This document shows, piece after piece, positions 59,135 through 64,000 of a stretch of DNA of 64,000 bases (positions are counted from its first letter, which is position 1; every line of letters starts with the position of its first letter). The notes beneath the pieces were generated by a model. It was not told where the DNA came from. It was given only the letters and a program-made list of their open reading frames with translations, and did not search any database. The stretch covers positions 1,613 to 65,612 of the forward strand of contig JAQGDQ010001068.1 in assembly GCA_030141605.1 (NCBI GenBank). Direction: 5' to 3'. Made by a program: the position numbers and the translations under genes. Source of the DNA: Tubiluchus corallicola. Taxonomy: Eukaryota > Animalia > Priapulida.

Positions 59135-59995
59135 ACGAAAAAAACAACGTTGAAGTCGTGTGTGCTGCTAAAATAATTGAGAAATCTCCTATAACAGAAA
59201 AGATTGTAATCACTGGAAATGCTGATAAGCTTGTCATTCGTCTTTACAGATGTGATGATAAAGCCTGCTATAATACAAGATATAACCGTGCTGAAGGCTG
59301 TTGCTTGCAATTACGAGTCGGTCCGCTCTTTTACTTTTACTTTTCGTAGCGTGTGTAAGAACAGTTACATTGAAGTGATTAACAATAATCACAAGCATCA
59401 ATCAAAACTTTTCTAGATAAAGATACATTTGAAGATGGTGAAGAACTTTGACAGATAAGGATATACTTGAAGATGATGAAGAACTTTTCTAGATAAAGAT
59501 ATATTTGAAGATGATAAAGAACTTTTCTAGATAAGGATATATTTGAAGATGATGAATAACTTTTCTATGTAAAGATATACTTGAAGATGATGAATAACTT
59601 TCTTGAAAAAATATATTTGAAGATAATGAAGAACTTTTCCAGAAAAAGATATATTTGAAGATGATGAAGAATTTTCCCAGAAAAAGATATACTTGAAGAT
59701 GGTGAAGAACTTTTCGAACTTTTCCAGAAAAAGATATATTTGAATATGTTGAAGAACTTTTCTATGTAAAGATATATTTAAAGACGATGAAGAATTTTCC
59801 CAGAAAAAGATATACTTGAAGATGGTGAAGAACTTTTCTAGAAAAAGATATATTTGAAGATGGTGAAGAACTGTGCTGGTTTTAGAACCGTATCACACAG
59901 TTTAAAGACTTATGAACCCTGTCTCTGGATTTATTCACGATGGTGGAAAAATTCCAATGAAAGTTCTGATAATGCCTAGAAAATGAAGTGAAAGA
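59135..59995 (+). pseudogene. Second truncated copy of the BTB gene C-terminal domain, interrupted by a 38-bp tandem array
   Basis: ITGNADKLVIRLYRC...GCCLQL, then CKNSYIEVINNN, then tatgaaccctgtctctggatttattcacgatgg; all homologous to 56020-56470. Confidence 0.85.
59409..59872. repeat. 38-bp minisatellite, about 12 units
   Basis: Unit ttttctagataaagatatatttgaagatgatgaagaac. Confidence 0.92.
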
Positions 59996-60608
59996 AAAGA
60001 GTGTCGTACCGTCAGTGTGGTAGTCTAATTTTAACAGTGACTTGCTAATTAACCTAGTTCCCTGAGTTACATTATAAAATTTATGAAATAATGAAAATAG
60101 CAAGAGAAAATTTTAAATTCTTCATAACAACAACAACGTCCGTTTTTTTCTTTTTTCTTATTGATACAGCCTGCAAAGCATTTTGTTAAGCTAATTGGTA
60201 AAGAATGGAAAATGTCTTTAGCTGGCACTAGATGGCGACAGTGACACAACATGATATCGCAGAACGATTGAGTACTAACGTAGAACAAATGTAGAACAAC
60301 ATTACATTCAGAACTAGAAGCAAACAAAGAGAGATACCAAACAAGAGCAGCAGCAGCAGCGACAGATAGAAAAAAACTTCGCTAATTCTTGCCAGTGTCA
60401 CAGAATGGCACTAGATGGCGACACTGACATAACATTGTATGGAAGAACCACACAGAACAATTGCTGAACCATATTTAACAGAACAAATAAACAAAGGGAA
60501 CAGAAAGCAAACCACGACACCAATACCACCACCATCATCAACAACGACAACAATGACAAGAAGAAGAAGAACAACAACAATGACTAACAGCTAATTACTA
60601 GTGTTACT

Positions 60609-60651
<43 letters not shown>

Positions 60652-61178
60652 GTTCATAGCAGTTAAAATAACTTATCTACCCAAAGTGCAAAGTTGCAAA
60701 CGGCATACAGGGTGCTAAAAATAACATGTTGCGAGCACCCCAAATGAATGTGGATTGAGAAAAACGAAAGGAGAAGTGAAGTAGCAGAAAAGGGAAGTAG
60801 AAGAGGATAGAGAGAAAGATGTGGTGGTAACCTTCTAGCCAGAGTTATGGCTTCCAAAAGGAAAGACAGAATTAATCAATATAATTTATGACACATAACT
60901 GCTAAAATACAACTTAAAGTTTCTTTTGAAACAATTTGTGCATGTAATTTTGAAACTATTTATTTATTTTATAGATTTTTTTATTTATTCATTGCTATTG
61001 TTCCAAAGTCAGTTTGGTGATGAAGTGCCTTACCAATTTCAGTCAACTATATCCACTATTGTAGCGGCCTAGAAGTTAAACTTTTAAAGTTCTGCTAGCT
61101 TCTGTTAATTCAGTAATGTTTACTAGATGGTAGCACTAGTGTCATTAATGTTACTCGATGTTAGAAATAATTAGTTAA

Positions 61179-61400
61179 AAGACAAGAATTGAGGCACCAA
61201 AGGTAGGATTTGGAAAATCGCTTTAAAAAATTGTATGACTTTATAGCAATTTTATGCGTATATCGTACTCGTGTTGAAAGGAATTTTAGTTTGTTTTCAT
61301 TTTAAAATTCGCGCAAAACTATTAAGACGGCGTCATTACATGACGTCATATACGCACAACGTAAATCAGGGGAAGAAAGGGAAATGTTAAACTATGTCCC
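61179..61400 (+). mobile_element. TTAA-target MITE terminal fragment (same family as 39200-39421)
   Basis: Reverse-complement alignment including tatgcgtatatcgtactcg. Confidence 0.7.
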
Positions 61401-61699
61401 TGAAAAACTTCCCAGGCAAATCTGTATTAGGCCTGCTTAACATATCGATTACCTGCTGGAAAGACATACGCAATTAGAAATAATAATTTAAAATATCCAT
61501 GCCAATTGGCAAAACGTCGCTGACTCACCCTCCAGGGTGCGCCACTCACTAATTAAAACGTATTGTTAATCTTATTGACAAGATTAGGTAATTTAAAACT
61601 TGATTTAATTAGTAACATGAGTGCTACGAATGCTTTGATTATTTCAAGACGATTTTTTTAAGCTTTGTGTAAGTTGAGGATTTTCTTGTGCTTCGAGTG

Positions 61700-62040
61700 C
61701 ACTAAGTATAGAGCTGCGCCATCTATTGGCAAGAAGGAGTAAGTCATTTTAACACCCCAAACTTTACAGACTACCGCACAGAGTTTTCGATTTTACACAT
61801 CACCGTAGAAATACCAAATAAATTTCCGAAGAGGTAAATAAATACGCTACGTGGTGCCATCTATTAGCAAGAAGAAGTAAAATGCAATCAGTCATGTTTG
61901 AACTCTCTCAAAGCTTTTACAGAATAACATGCAGAGTTAACGACTTTTCACATCGCCATAAAAACGCTACGTAGATTTACGAAGGTTTGTTTAAATAAGC
62001 TATGTATAAGGTGGTGCCATCTATTAGCAAGAAAAACAAT
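61700..62040. repeat. Degenerate tandem repeat, unit about 140-160 bp (3 units), with a G(C/T)GCCATCTATT(G/A)GCAAGAA core
   Basis: Core at about 61716, 61854 and 62014. Confidence 0.75.
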
Positions 62041-62433
62041 ATGTTTGGGATTTCTTAAAAAAATCGGCTACATACCGCCGTAACAAGGCAAAATAAATTC
62101 CTAAAGACTTTTTATAAGGAGAAATAGTACCGTCTCAACTAGACAGGCTGTGCCAGGTGCTATACTATGCGGAAACCCGTGTAAATACGATTAAAGTCCG
62201 GAAAATATGTTATTTACCTACCAATTACTATATAGGCCCACAAGACGCGTTGCTTGGCTCGTATATTACAAAGTACAAAGGTTGATGAATCGTTATAACC
62301 GACATCTTGTTTTGAAAACAGTGACGTCAGTGTTACGAAGACTGAATTCGAAACTTGAGCTTTAAAAAAAGTCTAGTCTACTTCCTCGTCATTGCCATGG
62401 CCGCAACTAATTATGGATTATTAATATTATTAA

Positions 62434-64000
62434 CCCTCTATGCACGACTGATTGGTAAGTAAGGCTTGATTTTTTTAGTAACCTAAACAATTGTGTGATA
62501 GTCTCTTTGCGTTAATTTTGACAACAAACGTGCCAACATTCAAACGGTAAGAAATAGACGAGAGAAATAAGAGAAATGACGAAATTGTTGAAAATCTGGA
62601 AAGGTAATTCGCTAGAAGAGAGCACGCCAGGTGTGGATTTACTGTTGTATCTTACATAAACAGACTCTTAGCTTTGAATATGTTGTCATTAGAAGCCAGA
62701 AGATTCATTATGATTTAAAAATGTGCTACAATATCATTCATAGGGAAAATAATTTAGATATCTATGAATTTTTTACCCCGCTCCTAAAATTACTAGGGGG
62801 CATTGCTCTGTGTCGTCTGTAGCTCAACATTCGTGTGCTAATAGAATTGTCAACACTGGTAACATACCATATCTTCATGAACATGTAAATGGGTCTCCAC
62901 TGGTAAATACCGTCTCTTCCTGAACATGTAAATGGGTCTCCACTGGCAAATTCCGTCTCTTCCTGAACATGCAAATGGATTTCCGCTGGTAAATACCGTC
63001 TCTTTTTGAACATGTAAATCGGTTTCCATTGGTAAATATCGTCTCTTCCTGAACATGTAAATGGGTCTCCACAGGGAAATACCGTCTCTTCCTGAATATG
63101 TAAATGGGTTTCCACTGGTAAATACCGTCTCTTCCTGAATATGTAAATGGGTTTCCACTGGTAAATACCGTCTCTTCCTGAACACGTAAATCGGTTTCCA
63201 CTGGTAAATATCGTCTCTTCCTGAACATGCTAATGGGTTTCCACAGGTAAATATCGTCTCTTCCTGAAAATGTAAATCGGTTTCCACTGGTAAATATCGT
63301 CTCTTCCTGAACATGCTAATGGGTTTCCACTGGTAAATATCGTCTCTTCCTGAAAATGTAAATCGGTTTCCACTGGTAAATATCGTCTCTTCCTGAAAAT
63401 GTAAATCGGTTTCCACTGGTAAATACCGTTTCCTCCTGAACGTGTAAATGGGTCTCCACTGGCAAATATCGTCTCTAGTAAATATTTAGTTAAACATTCA
63501 TGAATATTAACTTATTTTCTGGAAGAGACGGTATTTGCCTGTGGAGACCCATTTGCATGTTCAGGAAGAGACGGTATTTACCAGTGGAGACCCATTTACA
63601 TGTTCATGAAGATATGGTATGTTACCAGTGTTGACAATTCTATTAGCACACGAATGTTGAGCTACAGACGACACAGAGCAATGCCCCCTAGTAATTTTAG
63701 GAGCGGGGTAAAAAATTCATAGATATCTAAATTATTTTCCCTATGAATGATATTGTAGCACATTTTTAAATCATAATGAATCTTCTGGCTTCTAATGACA
63801 ACATATTCAAAGCTAAGAGTCTGTTTATGTAAGATACAACAGTAAATCCACACCTGGCGTGCTCTCTTCTAGCGAATTACCTTTCCAGATTTTCAACAAT
63901 TTCGTCATTTCTCTTATTTCTCTCGTCTATTTCTTACCGTTTGAATGTTGGCACGTTTGTTGTCAAAATTAACGCAAAGAGACTATCACACAATTGTTTA
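62434..64000. mobile_element. Foldback element: near-identical long inverted arms around a 43-bp tandem array (runs off the window)
   Basis: 62484-62960 is the reverse complement of about 63520-64000; the mirrored ORFs 62631-62822 and 63662-63853 are identical. Candidate left end TTAA|CCCTCTATGCACG at 62430-62446. Confidence 0.88.
62854..63476. repeat. 43-bp minisatellite, about 14 units (plus about 2.5 inverted units at 63517-63630)
   Basis: Unit cactggtaaataccgtctcttcctgaacatgtaaatgggtttc. Confidence 0.95.

Noticed and set aside
62631-63853. Two identical 63-aa ORFs on opposite strands as duplicated genes
   Set aside because: They are a by-product of the inverted arms of the foldback element, have a GTG start and show no recognisable motif.

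Overview
AT-rich, repeat-dense eukaryotic DNA, most likely from an invertebrate animal (taxon not determinable from the sequence). Four host genes can be rebuilt from splice sites. (1) A + strand gene with exons at 8554-17007 (first exon not found) encodes a Trp/Cys-rich globular domain joined to a long Tyr/Pro/Gly/Gln-rich repetitive tail; the ORF track misses or only partly covers its four short exons. (2) A convergent - strand gene (27694-22080) encodes a signal peptide plus about 1130 aa of low-complexity sequence. (3) A six-exon GT7-family beta-1,4-glycosyltransferase (38504-47052) has Leu at the donor-specificity position, so it is probably a GalNAc-transferase (bre-4-like). (4) A single-coding-exon BTB-BACK protein with a MATH-like C-terminus (55180-56463) is followed by two decayed partial copies and flanked by clusters of CTCF-like motifs. 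The rest is mobile and repetitive DNA: a 5'-truncated L2/CR1-group LINE, three 5S-headed SINEs, a tRNA-SINE, many TTAA- and TA-target MITEs, two foldback elements, and many mini- and microsatellites. All assignments were made by eye, without database searches.
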